Shown here piece after piece: positions 48,301 to 60,300 of a stretch of 64,000 nt of DNA. The stretch comes from Ostrea edulis (lineage: Eukaryota), in NCBI RefSeq assembly GCF_947568905.1, contig NC_079173.1, positions 19,282,001 to 19,346,000 on the forward strand, in the 5' to 3' direction. The notes below the pieces were generated by a model. The model did not search any database, was not told the DNA's origin, and worked only from the letters and a program-made list of their open reading frames with translations. The position numbers were made by a program, and so were the translations under genes. Position 1 is the stretch's first letter. Every line of letters begins with the position of its first letter.

Positions 48301-51300
48301 GGTTGATATCTTCAAGTGTAAAGACATTTAAGGATGGATTGAGGTGGTGGTCAGCTGGGTTTGATCGCCGATGGCCAGATAGCTCAATTGGTAAAGCACC
48401 TGACTAGATATTCAGGGGACCCGGGTTCGAATCTCGGGCTGATCCATTGCATTTTCTCCCTTCCTGTTACAGTAAATAGAGGCATTAAATGTGTACTTTC
48501 TGACATCTGATGTACTAATGATTCACAACGGTGTGTAGACAATTTTATTACACACATTATTCAATTTGTCCACACACCATTACGTGTCACATACATGTAG
48601 ACTTCAAAATATAAACATTTCATTCGTAAATACAAAACCTCTCAGATGGAAAGATTTTTTTTTTTTTTTAAAAACCAGAAGAACATTTGAACTTTAGAAA
48701 ATGTATGCTTGAGATCCGCTCTGTGAAAATGCAAGCTGTTGACAGACACAGTGACCTCCCCTTGCTTTCAATACATGTACATTGTATTTTTTTAATGGTG
48801 TCAATCAAAAGTGTTTTGAAAATCCCCTCCATTCTCGCAGGGCATGTACGTGTCCTTGGGTGTGCTGTACCTTGCCTACTTTGTGGCTGCCATGGTGATC
48901 AGTCAACAACAGAAGATCAAGGATCCAACACCTCTCATTGTTGTAACCATGGTTACGGTTGTGTGTATAACAATATGGCTGGTTAAAAAGATGTTCGGAA
49001 GGAAAATTTCAGAAAAACTGGTGTTATCCATCGTGAATGTTTTTAATCAACGTCAGAAGTTGATCCGTGTTATTCAAATGTAAGTTAGTGTGTCCAAAAA
49101 TGTTCAAAGCACTCCATTTAATTTGCATAGCCCACAAAATTTTCTTAACCTTGGGTGATATAATGATGAAAATATGAATGAGAAATCATTAATTGTGCTG
49201 ATGTAAATAAATATTGACACAACACTCTGCATACATGTATGTTACATTCTGTGTGATGTTTTGTTTATGTTTTTTCAGTGTCCTGTGCTTTCTGCTTGTC
49301 GTGGCAGCCATTATTGTTACCGCGTTCTCGGTGTGGGATCGCCCCAGGAACCTCGTCTCTATCTGCGGCTATGTCCTGCTTCTGTTTGTTCTTCTCGTCT
49401 GCTCCGTTCATCCCACCAAGGTATGTTCCAAATTCAGTCAGGGCTCCGTCTCACCAGGTATGCTCCGAATTCTGTCAGGGCTCCATACACATGTGTGTTG
49501 GGGGGGGGGGGGGGTATCTATGACACAGACATCCCACCAGGGTATGTTCCGAATTCTGTCGGGGTTCCATCTCACCAAGGTATGCTCTGAATTCTGTCAG
49601 GGCTCCATCTCACCAAGGTATGCTCCGAATTTTGTCAGGGCTCCATCTCAGCAAGGTATGCTCTGAATTCTGTCAGGGCACCATCTCACCAAGGTATGCT
49701 TCGAATTCTGTCAGGGCTCCATACACGTGTGAGGGGAAGGGGGGTATCTAAAACACAGAAGCATGACGGACATTGTCTGTCTGTTTGTCTGCCTGTCTGG
49801 AGTTACGCAGTAAAGCAATACCTGGGACGCTCTGGTATACAGTTTGATACTTGTACATGCAGTGTATATATATGCCAAGTATAAAAAAAAAACTTCGACC
49901 TCGATAGGACAGCCAGGCCTTACCCTTGCAAAAGAATTAATTTGGCCTGGATAATCAAAATGGAAGATGATATATACAGAATCTTTGATTCATGAATAAA
50001 ATTTTCTAATGTTTTAGAATTAAGAGTGATTGAGTTACACAATTAGTCGATTTCCATGATTGATGAAATAATATTTATCATTTCAAATGACAAACATGAA
50101 AGTTTATGAAAAGATAGACTGTACATATGTGTTAAATTTTCTGTTGTAGATCCATCTTGCTATCATACAAATGTATTTGAATATAAGTGTGTAAATATCA
50201 ACCACATTTGTGTTTCTCAGGTGATCTGGCGCCCAGTTCTTGGAGGTCTCGCCCTGCAATTTTTCTTCGCTGCTCTGATTCTGAAGACAGATGTTGGTCA
50301 AGCGGTGTTCGAGTTTCTTGGGACTCAAGTTCAAACCTTCCTTAGTTTTACCAACACAGGGACCAAGTTTGTGTTTGGAGACAAGTACACGGATCACCCA
50401 TTTGCTATGATGGTATTACTATTGATTGCATTCATTCATATTTTTATGGCCTTTGAATCGGTCTGTCTGTATGTCTGTTGCTAAAAACTTTAGACTTGGT
50501 CATATCAATTACAGAACATTAAAATGTCGAGCATGTGTGAGAAAGTTTAACTAAGAGATTACAATTATAGAGCTTTATGATATCTCGAGAGTGTGTGAGA
50601 AAGTTTAACTAAGAGATTACATTTACAGAGCTTTATGATATCTCGAGAGTGTGTGAGAAAGTTTAACTAAGAGATTACATTTATAGAGCTTTATAATATC
50701 TCGAGAGTGTGTGAGAAAGTTTAACTAAGAGATTACATTTATAGAGCTTTATAATATCTCGAGAGTGTGTGAGAAAGTTTAACTAAGAGATTACATTTAT
50801 AGAGCTTTATAATATCTCGAGAGTGTGTGAGAAAGTTTAACTAAGAGATTACATTTATAGAGCTTTATAATATCTCGAGAGTGTGTGAGAAAGTTTAACT
50901 AAGAGATTACATTTATAGAGCTTTATAATATCTCGAGAGTGTGTGAGAAAGTTTAACTAAGAGATTACATTTATAGAGCTTTATAATATCTCGAGAGTTT
51001 GTGAGAAAGTTTGAACTCTACTTAATTTGTCATCATTAACAAGTTAAGCAGTGAAAAGCAAGTGTATTAGACACTACACTGTGTACATGTAGATATAAAC
51101 CCTGACACTACACTGTGTACATGTAGATATAAACCCTGACACTACACTATGTACATGTAGATATAAACCCTGACACTACACTGTGTACATGTAGATACAA
51201 ACCCTGACACTACACTATGTACATGTAGATATAAACCCTGACACTACACTATGTACATGTAGATATAAACCCTGACACTACACTGTGTACATGTAGATAT

Positions 51301-54300
51301 ACACCCTGACACTACACTATGTACATGTAGATATAAACCCTGACACTACACTATGTACATGTAGATATAAACCCTGACACTACACTATGTACATGTAGAT
51401 ATAAACCCTGACAGTACACTATGTACATGTAGATATAAGCCCTGACACTACACTATGTACATGTAGATATAAACCCTGACAGTACACTATGTACATGTAG
51501 ATATAAGCCCTGACACTACACTGTGTACATGTAGATATAAACCCTGACATTACACTATGTACATGTAGATATAAGCCCTGACACTACACTATGTACATGT
51601 AGATATAAACCCTGACACTACACTATGTACATGTAGATATAAACCCTGACACTACACTATGTACATGTAGATATAAACCCTGACACTACACTGTGTACAT
51701 GTAGATATAAACCCTGACATTACACTATGTACATGTAGATATAAACCCTGACACTACACTGTGTACATGTAGATATAAACCCTGACACTACACTGTACAT
51801 GTAGATATAAACCCTGACACTACACTGTGTACATGTAGATATAAACCCTGACACTACACTATGTACATGTAGATATAAACCCTGACACTACACTGTGTAC
51901 ATGTAGATATAAACCCTGACAGTACACTATGTACATGTAGGTACAAATCCTGACACTACACTGTGTACATGTAGATATAAACCCTGACAGTACACTGTGT
52001 ACATGTAGGTACAAATCCTGACACTACACTGTACATGTAGATATACACCCTGACACTACACTGTGTACATGTAGATATAAACCCTGACACTACACTGTGT
52101 ACATGTAGATATAAACCCTGACACTACACTATGTACATGTAGATATAAACCCTGACAGTACACTATGTACATGTAGGTACAAATCCTGACACTACACTGT
52201 GTACATGTACATATAAACCCTGACATTACACTATGTACATAAACCCTGACATTACACTATGTACATGTAGATATAAGCCCTGACACTACACTGTGTACAT
52301 GTAGATATAAACCCTGACACTACACTGTGTACATGTAGATATAAACCCTGACACTACACTATGTACATGTAGATATAAACCCTGACACTACACTATGTAC
52401 ATGTAGATATAAACCCTGACACTACACTATGTATATAAACCTGAGTGCAGAACAGCAGTGTCCAGATTTTGATATTACATATGTAATCACTCCTGGGCAC
52501 TCCCCATCCTCTGATTGGAAGTTATCACATAGCTACATGTATTAGGGCAAGAGTCTTACAGTGAGTCCCACTGTATTAGATTTGTAGTGGTCAGACAAGT
52601 TTAATCACCGGTGGCCGGATAGCTCAGTTGGTAAAGCACCTGACTGGAGATTCAGGGAGCCCAGGTTTGAATCTCAGTCTGGGCCATTTTTTTCTCCCTT
52701 CCGGTTACATTTGATGATGTTGACCACCCTTGGACTTGCAGGTGAAAGTTCTGCCAGGGCCCAAGGAATCTGGATTTTGTGTTTTCGATAGTGAAAACAA
52801 TTTAAGGAGGAAGGAGTGTAGTGGGTCAGTCGGGTTCGATCGCCGGTGGCCAAATAGCTCGGTAGAGATCCTGACTGGAGATTCAGGGGGCCTGGGTTCG
52901 AATCTCCGTCTGGTCTGCTGCATTTTCTCCCTTCCTGTTACAGATTATTGATATTAATGTTTGTCTCTTATTTATAGGTGCTGCCAGTAATAGTTTTCTT
53001 CAGCTGTGCGATATCTGTGCTGTACTACATCGGGGCCATGCAGGTTGTCATCAGCAAGATAGCCTGGGTCATGAGGGTTGGCCTGGGTACATCTGCACCG
53101 GAATCACTGTGTGCTGCTGGCAACATATTCATTGGACAGGTACGCTTTCATCTTTACTGAAATGTCTTTGTGTGTATGTTTTGTTTGATTGATTACAAAC
53201 ATTGCAAGAGGAAAGTAGTTTCAAAAATATTAAAACTGTACAGAAAAATATTTTGTGGAATCAATAGCTATCCTCTCATTTGTAACTTATTGCTCCTGAT
53301 TTGATGGCTGCGATCCGAGTTTTACTCGCGACACGGCCATTAAATAAGCATTAACAGTCACCTATAACAAATGAGAAAATTTACGGTTATTTTGTTTGAT
53401 GTTTATGTCTTACTTTGTTGAGGTTTGCATTTTTGGCCGGGTTGCACAAAGTGCAAATCCGGTCTATAGTATGGTGAAGTGCGGGCGGGCGGTTGGGGAA
53501 ATTTTGTGAAATCAACTCCTCCTACAGTTTTTTATGTACAACCTTGAAACTTTGCAGAAAGTAAGTATATATATAGAAGTTATACACTAGGTTTTTTGAA
53601 GTCTGACCTTTGTCGAATATGGGCGCTACAGCAAAAAGTTGTTACTAAAAATAGAGTTCAACTTGAAAAAGGTATAAGTGAGATTATCTTTTGTGGTTAA
53701 ATTTAGTTGCACTACCTCTGAGGAAAAATTCAATTATATATGAATGTCAAATTTTCTGGGCATGAGTTGTAAATTTGCAATATAAATAGAGAAATTCTGT
53801 TTCTTTATCATATAATCATATACAATTTAAGCACCTGAAGTTATTGTTCATTTTAGTTATTATTACTTAATATTACATATATCAGCAGTGCTCCAAGTTG
53901 CGAGTAAAACGGTCGCATTTGCGACCAGAAAATCAATTTTGCGACTAGAGATTATAATTAAGTCGCATTTTCGCGAGTGAAGAAAATTTGGGCAACCAGT
54001 AAAATTTTAGAATCGGGATCGGAAGTCTGAATAAATATTTTTAGTCTCGGTCAAAACAATCAAGATGGCGGGAAAACGAGGTTTAGAGCACTTTGGATTT
54101 ATCAGTAGTAAAAAACAGAAGCGTCAGCCTTGTACATGTAACAAAGAAATTCAAGAATCACACGGGGAAAGTTCTGCATCAAAAGATGGCGTAGCAATGT
54201 CTAAAGAGAAATGCAAAAGTAAAGGAAGAACCCCAGTCCTGAAATGGCGGAGGAAATTTTCGTGATGGCAAAATGTTTTGCAGAATTTGTGAGGCCAATA

Positions 54301-57300
54301 AGTCAGCATTTCGCCACGACCGAGTGTACATCTTTCAAACGTTGAAATGTGACTATTCACGGTAACAGTAAGAGACATGTCGTTGTCCGTGACTGCATTA
54401 TTAGCAGTTAAGTCGATCGGGGCAACTGTTCCTGTTAATTTTCAAAGACAATCAAACTCGGGATGTAGTGTTCTTATTGATGCTGGTACTAATTGTTCAG
54501 CAAAAGATCCAACAAAACTAGGAGCTCTTATTCGCATAACATGATAAGCAGTGAAGGCCCACTTATTGATAACTTTTAAGCAAATCCTTGTGTAGAACGC
54601 TGGGTTTCTTCTCCAGAAGCGTACTGTAAAATATACAGGATGGCCCAATGCAATACAACTTTTGCCAGAGTAAATACTTGACTTGTTAGCATCCAGCATG
54701 TTTCAGAGTACATTTCTATTCAGTTTCAAAATATAAACAAACAAAATGTATTCATGGTGTTGATTTTTTACTTGCAAGATATTCATATTTTAAAAAAAAC
54801 CTTGTAAGTCTTATATTTACAAAAGCTTTTACTATGGCGAGTAGAAATTTGAAAATGGCGACCAGAAATATTTTTAGGTTGCCATTTTGCGACCTGATAG
54901 CAGATGCGACTTGGAGCACTGTATCATGGTTTTTTTTATTAATCAATAAAAGCCCTGTGGCAATATGTGATGTTTTTTTTATATATATATATCGGCATTT
55001 TTACAAGACAAAAATCCGTACCTGTATCCGGAAACAATCGTGTCCGCTCACGTTACCGATACGGAACTAACATTTTTTCCACTCGTCAAAACTCGTTTTG
55101 ATAATTTACTTTACAATTCTGCCTCCTTCAACACTAAGGCCATAACAAATCATAACAGTCCTCCAGATAACTACCACCAAATAAATCCCTACCCAAATTA
55201 TTTACTCTAAATATTGCAACCCGACCAATTGAGTCTTTGACCCATTTTTTATTTTGTACACTTGACCTTGTGTCTTTTTATCATTGTATTTTGACAGTAC
55301 AATAGCTTTCTGTTTCGTTAATGCTCAATTAAACTACCTCAAACCTCAATGCATTAGCCAATTAAAATGCAGATTACAAAACAGTTGCATTAGAATATAG
55401 ATCTACATGTATGTAACACTGTATGAAAATATTTGGATTGTATTGTGAATGTTCATTATCAGAATACATTGTATACAGTTATATTGGCATTTTTTAGGGC
55501 TCTGTGTATTTCTCAGGTGGCTGATGTATCATATTGACCTCAAAAATGTCAATAATTGTTTTATCACATGATGGAATAATTCGAAACATTGAAACTGGCC
55601 ACTAGAACCTATGAAAGGATACCTGGTCAGTCATTTTGTATACAGATGTAGCGGTCAGCCAGGTTCGATTACCAGTGGTCAGATAGCTCAGTTGGTAGAG
55701 CACCTGACTAGAGATTCAGGGGGCCCGGGTTCGAATCCTGGTCTGGTCCGTTGCATTTTCTCACTTCCTGTTACATTTGCTGCCATGACCACCCACTCCT
55801 TGACTTGCAGGTGAAAGTCCTGCCAGGGGCAAATAAGAATCTGGGTTGTGTCTTTAAGGGCGAAGACATTTAAGGAGGGAGGAATGTAGCGGTCAGTCGG
55901 GTTCAATCGCCAGTGGCCAGATAGCTCAGTTGGTAGAGCACCTGAATAGAGATTCAGGGGGCCTGGGTTCAAATGCCGGTCTGGTCCGTTGCATTTTCTC
56001 CCTTCCTGTTACACAGACATAAGGCAAGACTTACTCAAAAGTGATTAGAAATGGAAGTTTTTGTTTAATATGATATAACTAATAATTCAAAACATCGAAA
56101 CCAGCTGTTAGAAGTTTCTATGCGATGCCAGATCAGTCATCTTTAAATCAGGTTCAGTGTTACTTTAATTGAACAATAATTCTATAATCAAAAGTGAGCT
56201 GGAAGTCAGACTTAAGTTTTCATTGAACAAGTATCAAATTTAAAAATTTCCCAATCTAATTATGTTCATTTTAGTCTAATGTTGGAGAAATGAAATGTTG
56301 TATTCATCATTCTACCAGAAAACTCAGAATTATTTGATCATATGATAAAACATTTTGTTTAAGTTCATATGATAAAACATTTTGTTTAAGTTCATATGAT
56401 AAAACATTTTCTTTTATTGAGAAACGATTGTAAATCTTTTGATTGTAGAAGTACGTTTCCTGTTCACATATTTTCTTTTCAATGAATGTATAATTTTTCT
56501 ATTTTTAGACTGAAGCCCCTATCCTCATTCGTCCTTTCTTGGCTCTGATGACGAAGTCTGAGCTGCATGCTGTCATGACAGGCGGATTTGCCACCATTGC
56601 CGGCGGGGTGTTGGCAGCTTATATATCATTTGGAGTGAGTATCAAAAGTTGCTCAGAATCACTCTATATTTGATTTTTTATATACACATGCACTATATAA
56701 CCGGGTATTTTCTGGGTCGGACATTTATGCTATTCATCCATAAATGGTTGCAAATTGTATTCTGTGTTTTCAATTCCTGCAGTATGTACCTACAGTGTAT
56801 ATACATGTACATGTATATTTTTTTTTGTGATTGTAATTTTTGCAGATTTTTCCCATGCAAAAATGGACAACTGCAGAAAATCCCCGGTAGACATTATATA
56901 TTTAGGCACATGCAAATACAGAGTTGGGAATTGAAAGTTAAAACTATGTTGCAGAATAAAAGTCAAACCAAGATCTATACACTTTACAGTTTGTGATCTA
57001 TTCAGCACCATACATATGTATATAAAGAATTATTCCTGTGTATTTTCATGAAATTATATTGAATTAATTTACTACAACAGCAAAATAAGCTGACAGAATG
57101 AATAAAGGTTGGGTGATACTGGCGTGGTATTACTACCCGTAAACAATACTATAACCTTTCCCCTTTTGCAAAAAATTGGTATTTTGAAATTCCCTTTTAC
57201 TGGTAAAATGTTCTCTTCAGTAATTGAAAACTAAATTGAAGAAATTTCTCTACATAAAATTGTATATGAATTTTACCCCCCAAAAATTTCTTTAATTTAG

Positions 57301-60300
57301 ATACCAGTCTTCACGAAAACATTTAAAACTTGCTGGCCAGTCGGACCAGTGAACTGTCTGAATTTACTGGCCCACACTGAAATTTACTGGCCCCCTAAAT
57401 TTTATATGTTTATCACATATATTATGGAATGCATTGTAAAAGTGTACAATTAAATAACCGAAACTATGGTTATTACTCGTATTCATATCCACCCTAAGAC
57501 ATCCTTTCTGTCGATACCAGAAAAACAACACCGTAAACAGTATTTTCTCTTTCTCTTCGCCAGCAAACAACAAGACTAAAAATTCACGTATTTTTCACAA
57601 ACATGAAAACAGCCCGAATGCACCTTAGGAAGTAGCCTTCTCTAAGATAATTAATTCTATAAACTATAGAAATTGCATAAAATCAGAGATAACTGCAATT
57701 GACTAAGTTCATTTTAATTGGACAATGCCATAAACCAGCAATTACCGGTGTGCAGTGCGATACTGAACATAGCCATTTTTGTTGTTTCTACAAGTTCGTT
57801 TAATATTCACCTGATCAACGTACAAGTTATCTTGACAATTACAAGTATAGTTATCGTTCTTTACGAAATAAACAAACCACGATGTCCAAACACTTACTTT
57901 ATGTGTTATTTTTTTATTTATTTTTATTTTGATGGAAAATATAAGCAAATAAGACGTTTAGAATATCTAAATCCAACATTATATTTTATGTGACTTACAA
58001 AAAGTCTACAAGCCCATCGGACTTCCTGATTTTTAATTTTCACTGACCCGACCGTAAAATTCACTGGCCTCGGTCTTCGGACCACTGAGTTTTCGTGAAG
58101 ACTGAGATACATGTATATAATTCTATTATCATTTTCTATTATAAAAGTCCCAACATTATAGTGATAGTGATCATTCATTTATTCACTTGTTCTGAGATTT
58201 GTCATCTGAAAAGATCTGTCCCAGACACTTTTAAAACATGTATGTTTGATTTATTCTGAATGACAGAATTTACAATTCAGAATCGTAACTGATTTGTTAA
58301 CTGGTCCGGGTCAAGTGTTTTCTGTTTACATGACCAGTGATTACAGTTGATACACAGTTGTCTTTCCCTGTCATTGTAGGTGTCAGCTCAGTGTTGTCTG
58401 TTTTGACCCGTGATGACAGTTAATACACAGTTGTCTCCCCCTTGTTATTGTAGGTGTCGGCAGAGCACCTGTTGTGTGCCTCGGTGATGAATGCCCCCTG
58501 TGCCCTGGCTGTGTCTAAATTATTGTATCCTGAAACAGAGACCAGCAAACTCAACAAGGCCTCCGACTTGGACAAAGAGGAAAGGTATGTGTATAAAAAA
58601 AAAGAAAGATATCAAAGTGAATCTTCATTGGCGTTTATGCATCTGTGTTGATGGAGGCCTAATTCTCATCAAAAACGTTGGACAGTTGAATGGCAAAATC
58701 CATTCGTTCATTGAAGTCCTCCTATACTGTAAAAGGGATTATTTATAGGGGGGGGGGGGGGGTGTACATACATGTATGCGTTTTTCCACCCCCAACATTA
58801 TGCGGGGGGGGGGGGGGGGGGGGGGATACTTGGTAACTGGATATAATATTATATTATATCAAATGTTTATCATTATACGCGTGGGAGAAATTTCCACGCT
58901 TATTACTTGACCGCGCAATTAGTGTAAATTTCCCCTGCGTGTAAATAACCACTATTGTAGTTCTGTTTAACTTGTTTTGTTTTGTGCTAGCAATGTCTCA
59001 ACCAATGATGGTAATGTATTTACTGTTTATTTTTTGTAGAAAAGAAAGGAACATTCTAGAAGCTGCCGCTGCTGGTGCCTCATCTTCCATTAAACTGGTG
59101 GCCAACATCGCAGCCAATCTTATCGCCTTCCTTGCAATGCTGGAGTTTGTTAATGCCGTCCTGTCCTGGTTTGGCGGATTTGTGGGTTACCCAGAGTTCT
59201 CGTTTCAGGTAGACAGGCACAAAAACAAATCTGAATTTAGAATAACGAACAAAGAACTTACTGCTAAAAATATGCTTTGAATGGATTATTTTATAAAGAA
59301 ATTAAAAAGTTCTTGCTGAAAATAAGAGTTTTGACATGAAGAATAGAATTGAAATCCTTGATGATTTGCCATTGCAGTTGATCTGTTCGTATGTCTTGAG
59401 GCCACTGGCTTATCTAATGGGTGTGCAGTGGGATGACTGTGGAATTGTGGGAGAATTGATTGGAATCAAGACCTTCCTTAATGAATTCCTTGCATATGGA
59501 GAATTATCAACCTACCTTAAAAACCGAGAACTTTGCATCGGGCGAATTTTGGCTGTAAGTAATTTAAACTACTGTAGATGTTGGCAATGGATAAGATAGA
59601 AATACACGCATCTTTTTGTTTATCCCAAAACATAAAGTTTATTTGTTTCAGTATCACACATGAAGCAATGTCTGCTTGTAACATTTTTACATGTACCATC
59701 CTTGTCAATACCATCACTGTAGTGTGTATAGCTGATGTAATTTAAGGTAGCTCCACCCTCATGTGACATCATAGGTTTTTGTAAAATCTCGCGATATTAA
59801 GTACTCACGTAAAATAAGCACTCTACAGTAACTATACAGGAATTGTCATGAACATTTCAGCCCATGAGCTTTTAGTTTAACATATCACTTTATTTCAGGT
59901 TCGATCTGAGATCATAGCCACTTATGCCCTTTGTGGATTTGCCAACTTGAGTTCTATCGGGATTCAGCTCGGGGCCCTTGGTCCTATGGCCCCTAGTAGG
60001 AAGGGGGATCTGGCTCAGATAGTTCTGAGGGCTCTCCTAGGAGGAATAGTGACCAGTCTTCTGACCGCATGTATAGCAGGTATGATGATCCATCAAAACT
60101 AGACGTTACAGTTGTAAATTACCTCCCATTAAACATCATTAAAAGCCCATGCATTTGTGAACATTTTCTCTTACACAAATTGACAATGTTAGAGTTGGGT
60201 GTGCAGATTGTGAGTCGTTTTTGATAAGGTCCCATTGTCGCAAACCACTGTGTCAGGTTATAGTTTCATTCCATTGTGAAATGGAATGAAACAATAACCT

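Noticed and set aside
46028-52443. CRISPR-like arrays
   Set aside because: Units are contiguous with no unique spacers, there are no cas genes, and the context is eukaryotic introns.
55676-55750. tRNA gene calls for the cloverleaf-like sequences at about 48370, 52615, 52850, 55676 and 55915
   Set aside because: They lie inside paired LTRs with TSDs, have irregular 6-8 nt anticodon loops and differ among copies; they are TRIM components, not tRNA genes.
58725-58960. Possible MITE with poly-G runs in the intron before coding exon 9
   Set aside because: Terminal similarity too degenerate; no TSD.
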